In this document: positions 12,801-27,200 of the stretch, piece by piece
Numbering within the stretch: position 1 is the first letter of the stretch
How the letters are laid out: each line of letters starts with the position of its first letter
Source of the DNA: Camelus dromedarius
Taxonomy: Eukaryota
Reading direction: 5' to 3'
DNA: 64,000 nucleotides
NCBI RefSeq assembly: GCF_036321535.1
Contig: NC_087437.1
Span: forward strand, 120,654,001 to 120,718,000
Notes under the pieces: generated by a model
Databases searched by the model: none
The model's input: the letters and a program-made list of their open reading frames with translations, nothing else
Told to the model about the DNA's origin: nothing
Position numbers and translations under genes: made by a program

Positions 12801-15800
12801 CAGGGCGCTGAGTGAGGAGGCCAAGTTGCGGAGGCCGCAGCATCACGGTGTGTGGTAATTTGAAACTGCCGCGCTCAGAAGCTACATGGGTCCGAAGAAG
12901 AGACACCAGAGTGGCAGTAGTCGGCCCCGGGGTGGGACGGGGCTGAGAGCAACTCTTCCCTTCTTACTATGTACTTCTGCATGGTTTCAAAATTTTATGG
13001 CAAAAAAATGTATTCCACTTACCAATTTGCAGAATCTCGCCAATTTGCAAAATCTTCAAAAAACAGAGTTGTGGGTGTTTTGTACTCGAGACATTTCACC
13101 GGAGCTGGAGGGCTGGGGCGCCAGGACCACGCTGCGCCTCGCACGGCGCCAGGACCACGAGGTAGTTCTTGCAGGTGCTTCTGTGCTCTGTGTATGTCTT
13201 CTCACTGCTGTCGCCACTGGACTGTCATCGCCCTCTGAGGGCCTCCTGCCGACCAGTCCTGACCTGCAGAATCTTAGGAAAGTCAGTGTGTTTTATCTGA
13301 ATGCCTGGGTGGCCACGGGCCGGAGCGCTGCCCCACGTCCTTGGAAGGCTTGCAGGTTGGCCCCATGTCTTAGATCAGAGCTGGTGGTCTCCCAGCGCCC
13401 CCCGCCCCACAGGAGGTGAGCCCCCCACGTGGCAGCCTTGTCCCCGGCCCCGTGCCGTTGCCCCCTGTGCGTGGCCCTCGAGGGTAGGCACTGCAGGATA
13501 AGTGCAGCCGCACAAACAGGGCTGCGCAGTCTTCCCGAATGTGCTTCAGAGCACTGGGGACTTGGCCGCGGGCTTTCCTGGGCTCGCACCTCAGGCTGTT
13601 TACCTGTGTTTGGTTTGCCTAGTAACCCGCGTCCTCCGAGGTCCCGGGGTGGATTGGAAGGACATTGAATCAGCTGGTCCCCGAGAGCGCCAGCCTCCTC
13701 CTGGGCCCTCCGCCATCACCGGCTCCTTTACCCCAGAGCCGGGCAAAACAAAGAGCTTTCCACGTGTCGGTTTATTTCGGTTATTTACTTATTTGCTCAT
13801 GTATTTAAGCTGTGGAAGGGCAGGCTGGGTTGAAGCGTGGAGTGTGAGAGCTCCAGGCGAGGGGCCGGAAGCCGCCTCCCCCGCGTGTTCAGGGCTGGTT
13901 CCCGCACGCGGGTCGAGCGACTTCTCCGGGAAGTGCTTGGGCTGCGGACACGGCCTCTCCTTGCTTCCTCTGGGGCCCGAGGAGAAAGCTCAGGAAACTC
14001 ATAACCTTTCTAGGTAAGCGCTGCCGGCAAACACCAGGAGCTCCGTGGCCGGCGATCAGTGGAAGGATGTGCTGGGCGTGAGAAGGAGGTGTGGGCCTGA
14101 CGTTCTCCGCAGAAGGAGCCCCACGAGGCCTTGGGGGCCCGGGGGGCCGTTAGTGAGAGTTTTGGGCGCCTGGACCCTAAGTGGGTCGTGTGGCCGCTGT
14201 CTGAGGGGTCTCCCCAGCTCGAGTGCTGGGCCAACGGACAGACAGGCTGCAGGACCGGCGCCGTCCCAGCAGGCTGGCGGCATCTCGGTAACCCAGTGAA
14301 TGCAGCAGGACCTGGTGAGGGGGACGCCGCCCGGGGCGGGTGTTCTGCCCGCGCCGAGAGCCAAGAGCCGGGGCCCAGAGCAGAGGAGGGCTTAGAAGCG
14401 GGTTTTGTCCTGAAACCTGAGCCTCGAGCCTTGTTGCTGTTCCTCTGAGTGTAGGCGGGGCCCGTCCTCCTAAGGTCTGCAGGAAGACCGCGGGGCAGGT
14501 GACTGTGCCTTAACAGGTGGAGAAGCCGGGACCGACTGCAGGCGCCCTGGCCCCGGGAACTGCTGGGGACGGGAGGTGCCAGGCTCGTCCCTGGGGCGTC
14601 TGGGGTGGAACTAACCCTGGGGCAGCCAAGGGCTCAGGGGCCTCGTTGGCTAAACTGGTTTCAGGCCCTGGGTCTGCCGGTGATTTGGTGACCTTGGGCA
14701 GAATCCTGTGGAGTTGGCAGAGTTACTGTGATCGTGAAATAAATAATTCTCACGCAGTTCCTGTCGCTTGGCGTGACCTTGGTGTGGCCCCCGTGGCCTC
14801 CTGTTGGGCTGTCTCGCGTCTGCTCTCCACGTGAGTGTTGGCCCTGCGTTTCCGGGGCAGGAGCTTATGGGACCCCAGATCCTGGGGACGGGGTCTGAGT
14901 CTCGTTAGGGCTCTGCCTCGTGGGCCCCGACGGCTGCCTGTTGTCCTTGGGGTCAGACAGCAAGGGGTCCTCTGCGGGACGAGGGGTATCAGCGGGGGTT
15001 AATGTCTTTTTGAAACTGCACAGTGATAGCGACTGCCTGTTCATCCTTCCGTACTTCTGCAAGTCTGGTGGGCGTGATGACCGCTGCTAGCCCAGGGTGA
15101 CAACCAGCCACCCCTGAGCGTCTGTCACGCAGCTGCGGACGGAAGGGAATGTGGGAATGTCGTAAGAGTCATCTGGTCTAAGGAAGGGTTCACCAAGCTT
15201 TAAAAACATACCTTTCATGTTGCTGCTCTTTGGAAACCACCAGAAAATTCTGTCAACATGCTCCCTGGTCTTTTAATATTTTGGTATAAATCATTGATTT
15301 TCAGGTCCAGGGAAATAATCTAGAGATCCTATATTCCGGTGACATTTTCTCGTGTGATACTTGTTCTCGGGCAGTGAAATCTGAGCAGTAGTGGAGGTGA
15401 CGTTGGCTCCTGGGGTGGCTCTCAGCCGAGGGCGGTGAGGGTCCTTCCCTCGGGGAGCCCCGAGCCCCAGCAGGCAGGCCCCTGACAGGGGGTCTCCGTC
15501 CAGCAGAAACACTGCGCAGGGGGACTTGGGCAAAATTCCTGTGCCAGCCTTTATTTCAGAATAAATGAAACCGAGAGACTGAACGTTCAGGTTTGCTGCG
15601 TTTCACACAAGTCACACGGAGCGTCGCAAACAGCGGCAGCTGCCCCCGCGTCCCGCGCAGTCTGAGGCTGTCCTTCCCACTGGTTCACGGCTGGAGAGAA
15701 ATCTCGGGTGTTCCTTTTAACCTCCTTCGGAAGTGATACGGGGGCGGTGGTGATGGCATCGTGAGAGATGCCCGCTTGGCGCTCAGGCCAGGCACCCTCC

Positions 15801-18109
15801 CAGCTGCCTCCCTGGGGACCGTCTAAGGCCTCCCCCAGTCGTTGACGTGGGTGCAGCTGTCACCCTCACTTTACAGCAGGGAAGACTGAGGCCCAGCTTG
15901 GGGGGGGCACCTGGCCAGATGGCCACGTCTGCTGTGCACCCCTCACCGGGACTCTTTCTAGGACCCGCTGAGACCCTGAAGGTCCACAGTCCCAGGGAGC
16001 CCAGGGGTCAGGGCCACATCGGCCAGACAGCCTGTTCCCCAAGCCGCTGCGCCCTCAGTGTCAAACACTGGGCTTCGCAGGTGTGGGAGCGACGCAGGCT
16101 TAGCCTGACCGTTCTGTCCTCCATCCCCACACGTCCTCAGAGAGCACTGGGCCCAAGGGACGGTCTAAGGCCCGTCACTGCCCACCCAGGGCCCAGCGTC
16201 CAGTGCAGAACAGAGGAGGACAGACCCAGCTCAGCCCCTGGAGGAGCCCCCAGGGGTGCGGTCTGAGGACAGAGGCTCTGAGGGGCCCGAAGCCACGTGG
16301 GCCACCGACCCTCCACCCCTGAGCTTGCCTGGTGCCCTGCGGACACGGCAGGAGGCTGGGAACGGGATGTGGGGAGTGTCTTAAAGGCCTGGTCAGAAGG
16401 CGACCATTGAGGATGCCGCCAGCAGCAGCCAGTTGGGCTGTGGCCTGTCTCCTGCGGTACAGGGGCCGACCTTGATGGTGGAGGAGGCCCGGAGGCACCA
16501 GCAGACACAGAGGGGGCAGAGCCAGCCGGGCCACAGAACGTCCTCTCAACAGCTTTTTAAATGAGAACTGGTTTCGGGGCAGAGGGCGAATCCAGATGCC
16601 ACCAGTCGTGGGTCAGTCAAGGGCACCTGCTGCCCTTCCTGGAGCTCCGAGCCAGACAGCTTCCTGGGCAGCGTCCCCGACCCGAGAACAGATGCCACGA
16701 GGACCCTGGGTCTGCCGGACGTCAGGTGGCCCGTCATGGTCATGCAGACGGAGATCAGGGAGCCGCTCTGAGAGAGGAGGGCTCTGTCATTTTTCATCAG
16801 AAGATGGAGGCGGTGTCCTTCCTTGGGGAACCGCCCCCCCCCAAGCCAGGTCAGCACTTCCTCCGGCTGCTCTGGGGATTAAGGACGCGGGAAGCCTCAT
16901 CCAGTGGGACAGTCCTCAGGGCAGCCCTCCCAGCCCCTCCCATGGACTATGTGGGGAGCAGTGGCCGCCTCCTCTCCTGAGAGCATCTCGGGCCCGGAGC
17001 CGGAGGCCGGGGTGCAGAACCGAGTATCAGAAGAAGCCTTACGGCAGCCTGTCTGAGGCCCCAGGACAGCAGCCTCGGGTCACACGGGGTGCCAGAGCAC
17101 TGCAGACTCACCGTGGAGCACAGGGCAGGTCCTCTGCTGTGCAGAGCCCGGGGCTGCGAGTGGGCGGGGGGTGCGGGGGCGCTGGGAGCCGCTGGGGCAG
17201 CTGCTTTTGGAAGAGGGTCTCTTGTACTGAGCACCATGAAGGATGCACAGAGGAATGAGTGTCACTTCACCCCAATCCAGCATGAAGACTCCTCCAGGAG
17301 CTCCTCTGTGCCGGGCCCTGTGCCTTGGGGACAGGTTCCTCAGGGGATGCCTCTGTCCTGGGTCCCTTCATCTGCTCTCAGCCCCTCCTTGCAGGCCCAG
17401 CCTTCTCAGGCTTGGGGGGCATGGGAGGACAGACCCCACGTTTGCTTGTTCACGTGTCCGGTTCCTTCCACACCCTTCCCCCAGGTCCTCACAGGGAGAG
17501 GCGCCCCTGGCAGTGCCGGAGCGGCCATGCACACGGCACCTGGAGTTGGAACTTCCCGGCGTCCGGGGTGGTGGGGAGGCTGGGGAGCCCGTGGGCCTGG
17601 GACCTGGCCCCACTGAGAGGGGGTCTGCCCAGCCCCTTCCAGCCCAGGGCCGAGCACCGGCCTGTCTAGCCCACTGCACACCCGCCCCAGGCCACGTCGG
17701 GGTCCCGTGTGTGCCCTCCGGCCACAGTCCTGGGTCGGGGTGGGTGGAGCCCATTGACCTGTCTCCTGGCCGAGCCCCGTGACACCACCTGCTTGCAACG
17801 GCTCCAGGCCGAAAGCCGCTTATTGGATTAGCGGGCGCCTAGTGGAGCCCCCCCTACGGCAGAGGGAAGGCCTGTGTTTTACGTGCTGCCCCAGGACGTC
17901 CCTGTTTTCCTCCGAGTTGGCCTCTGAGACCCGCAGGCCGCTGCAGGGAAGGCGGCACCCCGGAAGCAGTGTCCTCTGCTGAGCAGATGGTCTGGGCGGC
18001 CACAGCCTGTCAGACCCAGGCAGTGTAGACGGGGCCATAATCCCCTTCCTTATCCTTTGGGGAGGCTGACCCGTCCACGCCGCCGTCTCCTCTCACCGAC
18101 TCTCACAAG

Positions 18110-18201
18110 GGTCTGAAGATGCTGGCCAGCTACTCGACCTGCCTGTTCTGGGGCGTCTGCACCGGCCTGCTGGCCGTGGCCTTGGCCTATTACTTCTACT
18201 G
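18110..18201 (+). other. AGPAT3: Candidate alternative 5' exon of AGPAT3 (92 nt if internal; could instead be a first exon starting further upstream)
   Basis: Branch point CTGAC 18066-18070, AG-free pyrimidine tract, AAG|G acceptor, TG|GTGAGC donor. Confidence 0.65.
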
Positions 18202-21200
18202 GTGAGCGTGGCCGGCTGGGCCGACCTGGGGGGTCCCATGCCCACGTCTGCTTCTGCTGTGGCCCTTCCGCTCCATTCTCCCTCCCCTGGGATGGCGACC
18301 TCGCGGCGGGGGAGGGAGGTGGCGGCAGGAGCCAGTTCTGCCCAGGGCACTTGCTCCAGGGACTGACCGGCCCCTCGCCACTCGCTCTGGTTCGGAGCCT
18401 TCCTGAAGAAGGTTCAGGTTTCCGCCCATTGAGTTGGTACCAGCAGGTGCTCAGGAGGTCTCCGAGGAGAAGTGCCTGACGCTCAGGCCCGTCTGCTTCC
18501 CGTGCTCTCTGGCCTCTGACCTCACGTCTCCCCAGGGTGGGTGCTGCAGGGGCCGCTGACTTATGTGTCAGTCTGTAAGCTAAGCAGAAGACGGGTCATT
18601 TCCGTCAATGGACGTGATCTGTTGTAGCCATGAGTGACGACCTGGTTTCCAGAGCGTCACTGATGACCCTTGGCGCAGTTGTGATGGGGGTGCCCACCGT
18701 TCCTGCTGTGCATACGCAGAGTTGGCGGGTTGGGGACCACGCCCGCCTGGGGCTCTGGGTTCTCTGGTCCAGCTGGCCCCTCACGAGGCTGGGGTCACAA
18801 ATGGGGCCTGTGAGCTCTGGGCCCCCAGATTCTACCTGGAGAGCAGACAAGGATGTCAGCCCGGTGTCTGCACGACCTTGCACACAGTCTGCAACCATGG
18901 CTCCACAGGAGGAGAGCCACCCGCCCGGGGTGGGGTGGGGGCCACGAGGAAGCCCAGGCCCCAGTCTGGGGAGCACTTTGTTCTTAGAGCTGGGAAGTGG
19001 GGTGGTTTCCCGTGGAGAGTGGCCCATCTTCTGAGGGCTCTGTCCCAGGCCGTCGTGTCTCCTCAGAGCACACTCGATCGGGCTGGGAATTCTGTTCTGA
19101 CTGGGAAGCTTGCTCTCCGGTAGATCTGATTAATGCCTGTGTTTGATTGGGGGGGGCGCTGTTCCAGGGGTGCAGCCCCATGTGCTCTCCAGCAGGGCCT
19201 CCCCTCCGAACTCAGCAGCATGAATTCGCGCCCAGAGCTTTTTGCGTTTCAGATCTTATGTAAATGTGGTTGAACAACTGACAAATGAGGATTGCACAGA
19301 ACCAAGAGGTAGCACATTGGTGTGGGATTAGCCCTAATTCCTAATCAGACACTGGTCCCTTATTAGATGGGTTCTGGCCTCTTTGAGGGTGAGTGGGGCA
19401 GTTGTTACGGAGTGGCCCCAGGCCCCAGCAAGGCCCCATGAGAGGGACTGCTTCCTTGATCATGGACTTCAGGACACTTCTGAGGGTGCAGGACCACGGC
19501 ACAGGTGTGCGACACCTCTGCCCACAAGTGGCCTCCGTGTGGGGCCGTCCTCGGGCACCCGGGGTGGGTGGTGGCGGTGTCTGCCTGATGCGTCACCCTG
19601 TCAGGATGGCCAGCCAAGAGGGAGCAGTGTGTGCAGGTTCTGAGGCCGGCAGGGCTGCTGGGCCCAGGTCAGAGACGGCCTGGCCTGAGAAGGGCCACGG
19701 ACTGCGTCACACCTGCATCGGGGGGAGGGGCTCGCTGGCTTTCTAGTCCAGTGTGTCATCCATGTGTCCTTCTCTGACACTTGTCCCGGCGACCAAAGGG
19801 TCACTGATCCATAGGTGGGCAGAGACCCCATTCAAAGAACGTTCCCGGCGCAGCTGTGATCTGCCAGTCAAGTCCCCGGGGCTCAGAACTGGGAGGAAAC
19901 AGCGAGGGTTTTGCTCTCCGGGTCTGCAGAGCTGTCTCCTCCTGGTCAGTGTGGGACTTGAGCACGGCCTTTTCCGCTGCCGTTCTCCCTGGGGACCCCG
20001 AGTCCCGCTCCGGACTTGCTGAGAGCGGCCTGGCCAAGGCCTTCCTGTGGGGCAGTGGGAGTCCACAGCTCCCTGGACCGAGCACCGCTCAGCTCCACGT
20101 CGGAAGGTGCTGCACCTTCCTAAACGTGGAGGCGCGTCTAGGGAAGGGTGCACGGCCTCTCTTGGACATTTTCAGCTGTGGATCGTGTAACCTCAGCTCC
20201 CGCTGATGGGAACAATACAGAAAGTCCAGCAGGTGGGGCCTTCCCCTGGCGGACGCCTGGGAGGCCGCAGCGGTCCCAGCTGCCCCACCAGACGTCACAG
20301 CAGCCGGGGGAGAGGCCATTGCCTCGTCTGTCCGGTCCATGGGCAAGGACTCTGGCCGAGGTGGGCTCCGTCTCGTGCCGGGTGTCAGGTCGTCACTAGC
20401 AAAGGGGCTGGACGCGGCCGGCGTGCCCTGGGGAGAAGGCACCCCACCTGTGAGGGAGCGCCTCTTTACGCAGGGAAGTCTGGTCCAGCCAAGCGCAGGG
20501 CCACAGGAGGTGCCACAGAACCTCTGACCGGGGTGAGGGGGGGCGGGAGCTCAGCCCCTTACATGTCTGTCTGCAGGGTCACCACGTCTGGACACCATGG
20601 CTGGGGTGCAAGCTTGCTTTTCTCAGGATCAGGTTCAGATTCAGGGGTAAGAGCCCCAGGACCCAGCACAGTGCACGAGAAGATGCTGGGTCAGCCCGAT
20701 GGACTCCACTCTGGCTGTGTCCACTGCCCAGGACCCCGCGGGTGCGGGGAGGCGTGGGGCTGAGGCGTGGCTAAGGTCACTCCCTTTGGGGGAAACAGGC
20801 AGAGCTGTGTTGCCCTTTCCTCGTGTTGTAAATACTTCGCAGGTTCCTTGCCCTTATTGCTGAAGCTGTTTGCGGCATTGGCTTATGATTTTCCTCTTCT
20901 TTAAAGAAACAAAATTCCTGCCACTAAGAAATACCCAGTAGGAAAAGACATTCCAGTGGCTCGTGTACCATGTGCGCAGGTGCGCAGTGGCGGCCCTGGC
21001 GGAAGTCTTACTTCTCACACTCTATCCCGCGCTCTCCGGCGGCGGCCCCCCGCCGTGGACGTGTGTGGTTGGCACTGCCAGTGCCACCTGTCCGCAGCCT
21101 CCCAAACCTGGCTTGTTGATAAATTTCCCTCCCTGTCATCTTGGTTGAAGTGTAGTTACTGCTCTGGGGTTTTTGCTTTTTTTTTCCTCCCTAGCACCAA

Positions 21201-24200
21201 AAACTTGTTCAAAATTATAACAGTAGCTGTTTTTAATGTTACTGATTTATAACCATATCCAGTAATCAGATTTCAGCCCCACCTTTGAAATGAAACCTGT
21301 GTGTGTAAATGTTATTTAAAACCTCACCAGTGCAGAGTCGGGGGGGGCAGTGAGTCTGAGTTAGTGCCACTGCAGACAGGAGACGCTGAAAGCGTCCCTG
21401 GGCTCATGGTTCAGGAAGGTCACCGGTCAGACTGCTTCCTTCCTGCCCAGCCTCTCAGAGTGCGTGTCTGTTCTGTTCAGCATGGGGAGGGGGGCAACAG
21501 AACCTCCCCAACTAATGTGACAGTGCGACCCTCTGGCAGCAAGGCATTTCTTGGGATTAGCAGCTGAACTGTGCCGTGTTGCACATGCGCAGGAGTCCAG
21601 TGTCTGTTATTTGTAGGGAAAACAGCACCTTTGTTTTGCTGACCTGCCGAGTACCCTGTAAAACCTGCTCACGAGGGTCCCTCGGCCCTCAGCAGTTAAT
21701 AAGGGGGGCCCCGTGGCGTTCATGCTCTTATTAACCCTCAGAGCCACCCCAGGCCACGGGTGGGTAGTAAGGTTGTCTTAGTCACGTCTTCAAACCAGAA
21801 ACTGGATTTCAAAGTGATCGTGTCACGTGCTGAGGCCACAGACATGGGACAAGAATCCAGGGTCCTGAGCCTCGGGCCCAACACGTTCCCCTCCTAGGTG
21901 GAGAAAACTGCGGTGGGCGCGGGGCCCCAGGGGCGGGGGGCGGATGCATTAAACCGAACTGAAACCTGTGGATCATTCTTGCTCGACAGAGTTACACAAG
22001 GGTCTGTTTTTCAACTTTGAAGATGTTATTTCATAATCAGCGTGGATCCATGCACGTAAATGCTTTGACGTTTCTATAACTATAAACATAGTAATGTGCA
22101 CTGGTTTAAAAAAACTCCTGCAATTTCAAAATTGTAGAATAGACTACACTGTATAGCACAGGGAAATATACACAAAATGTTATGATAACTCACAGAGAAA
22201 AAAATGTGACAATGAGTGTGTATGTGTCCATGAATAACTGAAAAATTGTGCTGAACACTGGAATTTGACACAACATTGTAAAATGATTATAAACCAATAA
22301 AAAATGTTAAAAGAAATAAAATAAAAAAAATAAAAAAACTCCTGCAGCACAGAGTGGACGGCAGGGAAGTGGGTTTCCCAGCTGCCTCCCCATTGTAGTG
22401 CTGTCCTCAGAGGTGGCCGTGTCCAGTCAGCCCTGGGTCTGGTTCTGCATAGTTTGCACGTGCTTCTGTTTCTCTCTTTTTTTTTTTTTAGGAGATAATA
22501 GAAGAATATCTCTTTTTTTTTGAAGTGTAGTCAGTTTACAATGTTGCGTCAATTTCTGGTGCACAGCACAGTGCTTCAGTCACACATGTACACACATGTA
22601 TTTGTTTTCACTACAGGTCACTACAAGATATTGACTATCTTGCTGTGCAGCAGAAACTTGTTTATTTTATATATATCAGTCAGTATCTGCAAATCTCATA
22701 CTCCCAATTTATCCCCTCCTACCCCCTTCCCCCCGGTAACCATAAGTGTGTTTTCTGTGAGTCTGTTTCTGTTTTGTAAATAAGTTCATTTGTCTTTTTT
22801 AGATTCCACATATGAGTGATATCATATGGTATTTTTCTTTCTCTTTCTGGCTTACTTCACTCAGTATGACCATTTCCAGGTCCATCCATGTTGCTGCAAA
22901 TGGCATTATTTTATCATTTTTATGGCTGAGTAGTATTCCATTGTATAAATACCCCACAACTTCTTTATCCAGTCATCTGTCATTGGACATTTAGGTTGCT
23001 TCCATGTCTTGGCTGTTGTAAATAGTGCTGCTGTGAACACTGAGGTGCATGTATCTTTTCAGCTTAAAGTTCCCTCTGGATATATACTCAGGAGTGGGAT
23101 TGCTGGATCATGAGAGCTCTTTTTAGTCTTTTGAGGAATCTCCATACTGCTTTCCACAGTGACTGCACCAATTTACATTTCCACCAGCAGTGTAGGAGGG
23201 TTCCCTTTTCTCCACACCCTCTCCAGCATTTATCATTTGTGGACTCTTTAATGATGGCCATTCTGGCTGATGAGAGGTGATACCTCATGGTTTTGATTTG
23301 CATTTCTCTGATAATTAGCGACATTGAGCGTTTTTTCATGTGCCTGTTGGCCATTCGTACATCTCCATTGGAGAATTGCTTGTTTAGGTCTGCTGCCCAG
23401 TTTTGGATTGGGTTGTTTGTTTTTTCTTATTAAGTTGTATGAGCTGCTCATATGTTCTGGAAATTAAGCCCTTGTTAGTCTCATCTTTTGCAAATATTTT
23501 CTCCCATTCCGTAGGTTGTCTTTTTGTTTTGCTTATGGTTTCTTTTGCAGTACAAAAGCTTATACGTTTAATTAGGTCCCATTTGTTTATTTTCGCTTAT
23601 ATTTCCATTACCTGGGTAGACTGCCCTAGGAAAACATTGCTAAGATCTACTGCTTCTGTTTCTTGATTTACTAATTTTACTCAGTTCCCCAACAGATTTT
23701 CACTGAGCAGCTACCGTGCCCCAGGCACTGTCCTAGACCTTTGGCTGTCAGTGTGTAAGACAGACCAGACCCTCTGCCTCCTCGGCGGTACTGTCAGGGA
23801 TTAGGGATTTAGTCAACTCACAGGCCTCCCACCTTCTCTCCAGTGCTGCCACTAAGTTTTGTTAGTTGTATTGTTATTTTTTGTTATTTTACTGCCCCCT
23901 CAAAACTTTAACGTACTTAAATTTCCACTTTTTGTTGGATCGACTTAGACAAAAAAATCTCTTGACCCCCCTATTATGTAAAATAATTTAGGTTTATGAT
24001 GTTCATGTTCTGTTGTTTAATTGTAATTAAAATATCCATGCTTCTTTCTAGGTTGATTTTAAATATTAGAAGGCCAGAAATAGCATTCACAATAAAAAGT
24101 TTTTTTCACAATAAAAATTTAAAAATTAGTTGCTGTATATGCCACAAGAAGGAACTGGAAATCCAAGTTTTTGCTGCTTGAAGGAGGGCGTTTTAAGCAC

Positions 24201-27200
24201 CTCATTAAACCAATTGTGGGACATCACACCCCATGTTAATTTGATTTATGTTTGGGTCACAATTTCCTTGCATATCATTTTTTATTACTTGAAAATCTTA
24301 ATTGCTTTGCTTTTTATTTTTGAGAAAAGAAACATATTCCTTCTTCAATAGCAAAAACTGTCAGCTCCTTAATTATAATCTTTGTTGAACAAATTCTGCT
24401 TTCTCTTTAAAAGGTTTCCTGTTTTATTTGGACCAATTTCTTTCCAGGCCATCTAGAAAGTTGTTATCCTGGCATTTCTTTTAATTTCTTAATGGGGCTA
24501 TTTCTTCTTTTTCTTAAATCTCATGTCTTCCTCTTCATTAGATTCCTTCTTGTTTGGCTGGACAATATCCTCAAGTAATCTTTTCATAAAGGATGAGTGG
24601 AAATTAAAATTTCTGAACCCCTGCCTATCCTGAGTTTATCATAATTTCTGTCTTCATTCTTTGTATAAGTCAGCATCCTGATAGAAAACAAATGGGATTC
24701 AAGCTGCATAAAGGGAGGAGAATTTAGTAAAAGGGCTGTTTACAAAGATGTAGGCAGAGATCAAAGAAAGCAATAAGAAAGTGAAAAAAGAACTTGAGTT
24801 AACGAGTTCTTGCTGATAGTGTAGCTTATTTCAGCCACTGTTTTTTTGTGGGGAAGGAAAGGGTCCAGAAAAAAGTAGTAGTATCAATGGAATTAAAATT
24901 TACTGTTCTTGGTCCCAGGGCCCAAATTCTGTGACATTTGTAAAGTGACCACATATTGGATTGTGCTCTGGCATCTGATCCTAGAGAAAAGCCTGTTGTG
25001 CCCCCACTCACTGCTGTTGACCTAAAGATTTCAGCCCAAGAGCACGCACTGAACGGTGAGATGGCCGTTCCAGCACATGCACTATGGAGATAACGTGTAG
25101 GATGAATGCAGCATTGTTTCTTGGTGCGGTCAGCAGATCCGTCATTGGTGTGTGTGCTCCCGTCTGCAGTGGAGCCAGGAGGCCGGGCGGGAAGGAGAGA
25201 GCAGCTGGGGGAGGGGTGGGGGAGACGGTTCCAGGGAGCTGGACGGAGGGCGCCCTCGCGGTGCGGGGGCGGGCGTCCCAGCTCTGCTAGGACTTCCCAG
25301 CAGCCCTGCCCAGCTTCCTACGCTGTTTTGTGCTGACTAGAAGGAATTAAAAGTTAATAAGCAATTTAAAAAATGTAAATTTGCACAATCATCACCACCA
25401 TAATGGGAAATTAATCAGTAGGTGAAATTAATCCTTCTGAATCTTTGCCGTTTCATGAACTTCATTTTCTTGCCTCCCGCCCAGCGCATTACTCTGACTC
25501 TTGGTCCTCTGTCTAGTAAAGCCTGCCCCCTGACCTCAGGCGGTCTGGGACACTCCTCATCCCTTGGGGCTCGAAAACAGTTTGGATGCCCACGGCAGTG
25601 CTTCATGAGTGTTTATTGAGAGAGGAGAGAAGTCCAGTGCTAGAAAGAGGCAGAAAGCTCCGTCTTCTTCCTCAGGCTTAAGTATTAACTATTTGTAACA
25701 GCTGGACGAGTCTGTAAAAGTCACCAGATTCCCTGGTAACTCTTTATCTGGCCATGTTAGCATTAAACTCAGAAAATGTTTCTCTCTTATGCCTTTTAAA
25801 TATTAGCAAATTTTGTTATAACTCGTATCCTTGGAAGTAAGTGTGTTGTCTACGTACTGGGGCTTCTGGTGAGAGATGTGTGACTGGTCACTTCCCCTGT
25901 GGGATTCGTATTCAGCTCACGTGCAGTTTCTGCTGGGCGCTAGGGCTGGGGCCGGGCCGGGGCGGGACTGCAGCCAGCCCGGGGCTAGGGCTGCCCTGAA
26001 GGCAGCTGACCCCCTCAGCCACTGGCCTGTCCTACCTGAGCAGGGTGGTCTGACAGGAGCCTCAGAAAGAGGTTGGGTCCCCTCAGAAAAACACAAGCAA
26101 GGTCTGTTCCTCAGACACTGCTGTGCTGTGATTTCTGGAGTGCTGGGCACTCCTCTGATCCCTCCTCGTCCAGGGTCTCGAGGTCAGTGAGGAGGAGGGC
26201 GGGGCTCACCTCCTGGGGGCACGAGCTCGTGGGGTCGCAGGTGCGCCACCTCGGGGAAGCCTGTGGCAGCCTTCACTTAACTTTCTACATGACGCTTCAC
26301 AGGTCTGATTAATGTTCTTGGAAACCATCCTTTACTTTGAAATGTTTGTATGTCTGAGATGGTCTGAGTTTGTATTCGGATAGGAAGCTCAAATAAGGCA
26401 GACTGCCAAGGGACAGGGGACTGCGTGCTCTGACTTGGGGCAGTCTGACCTTTTCCAGGCCACACCTGGGTCGGGGTGGCTCCGGGACCGCGAAGTGGGT
26501 GGGGACCCGTCCACCCTGGACAGACGCCGACGTGGGCATTTGGAACCCATTGAGTTTACTCCATTTTCAATCCCTACCTTTTTTAAAATCTATTTTAAAA
26601 AATGTAGTTGATTTTACAATGTTGTGTTAGTTTCTGGTATACAGCAGGGTGGTTCAGTCATATATACATACTCGTTTTCAGATTCTTTTCCACTATGGTT
26701 TATTATAAGATACTGAATATGGCTCCCTGTGCTGGACAGCAGGACCTTGTTTATCTAGTCTATATATAGTAGTTTTTAATCTGCTAATCCCAAACTCCTA
26801 ATTTATCCCTCCCCACCCCTATCCCCTTTAGTAACCATAAACTTGTTTTCTACGTCTGTGAATCTGTTTCTGTTTCATAAATAAGTTCATTTGTGTCGTA
26901 GTTTAGATTCCACATAAATTGACACCATATGGTATTTGTCTTTCTCTGTCTTACTTCACTTAGTATGACCATCTCCAGGTCCTTGTTGCAGCAGATGGCA
27001 GTATTTTATTCTCTTTTATGGCTGAGTAGAATGCCGTTGTGTCCATACACCACAGCTTCTTTACCCAGTCATCTGTGGATGGACATTTAGGTTGTTTCCA
27101 TGTCTTGGCTGTTGTATGCAGTGCTGCTGTGAGCACTGGGAAGTATGTGTCTATCAGAGTTTCCTCCAGTTACATGTGCAGGAGTGGGATGGCTGAATCA

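Noticed and set aside
13021..13056. 18-bp period duplication ccaatttgcagaatct/ccaatttgcaaaatct
   Set aside because: Two copies only; probably slippage with no evident function
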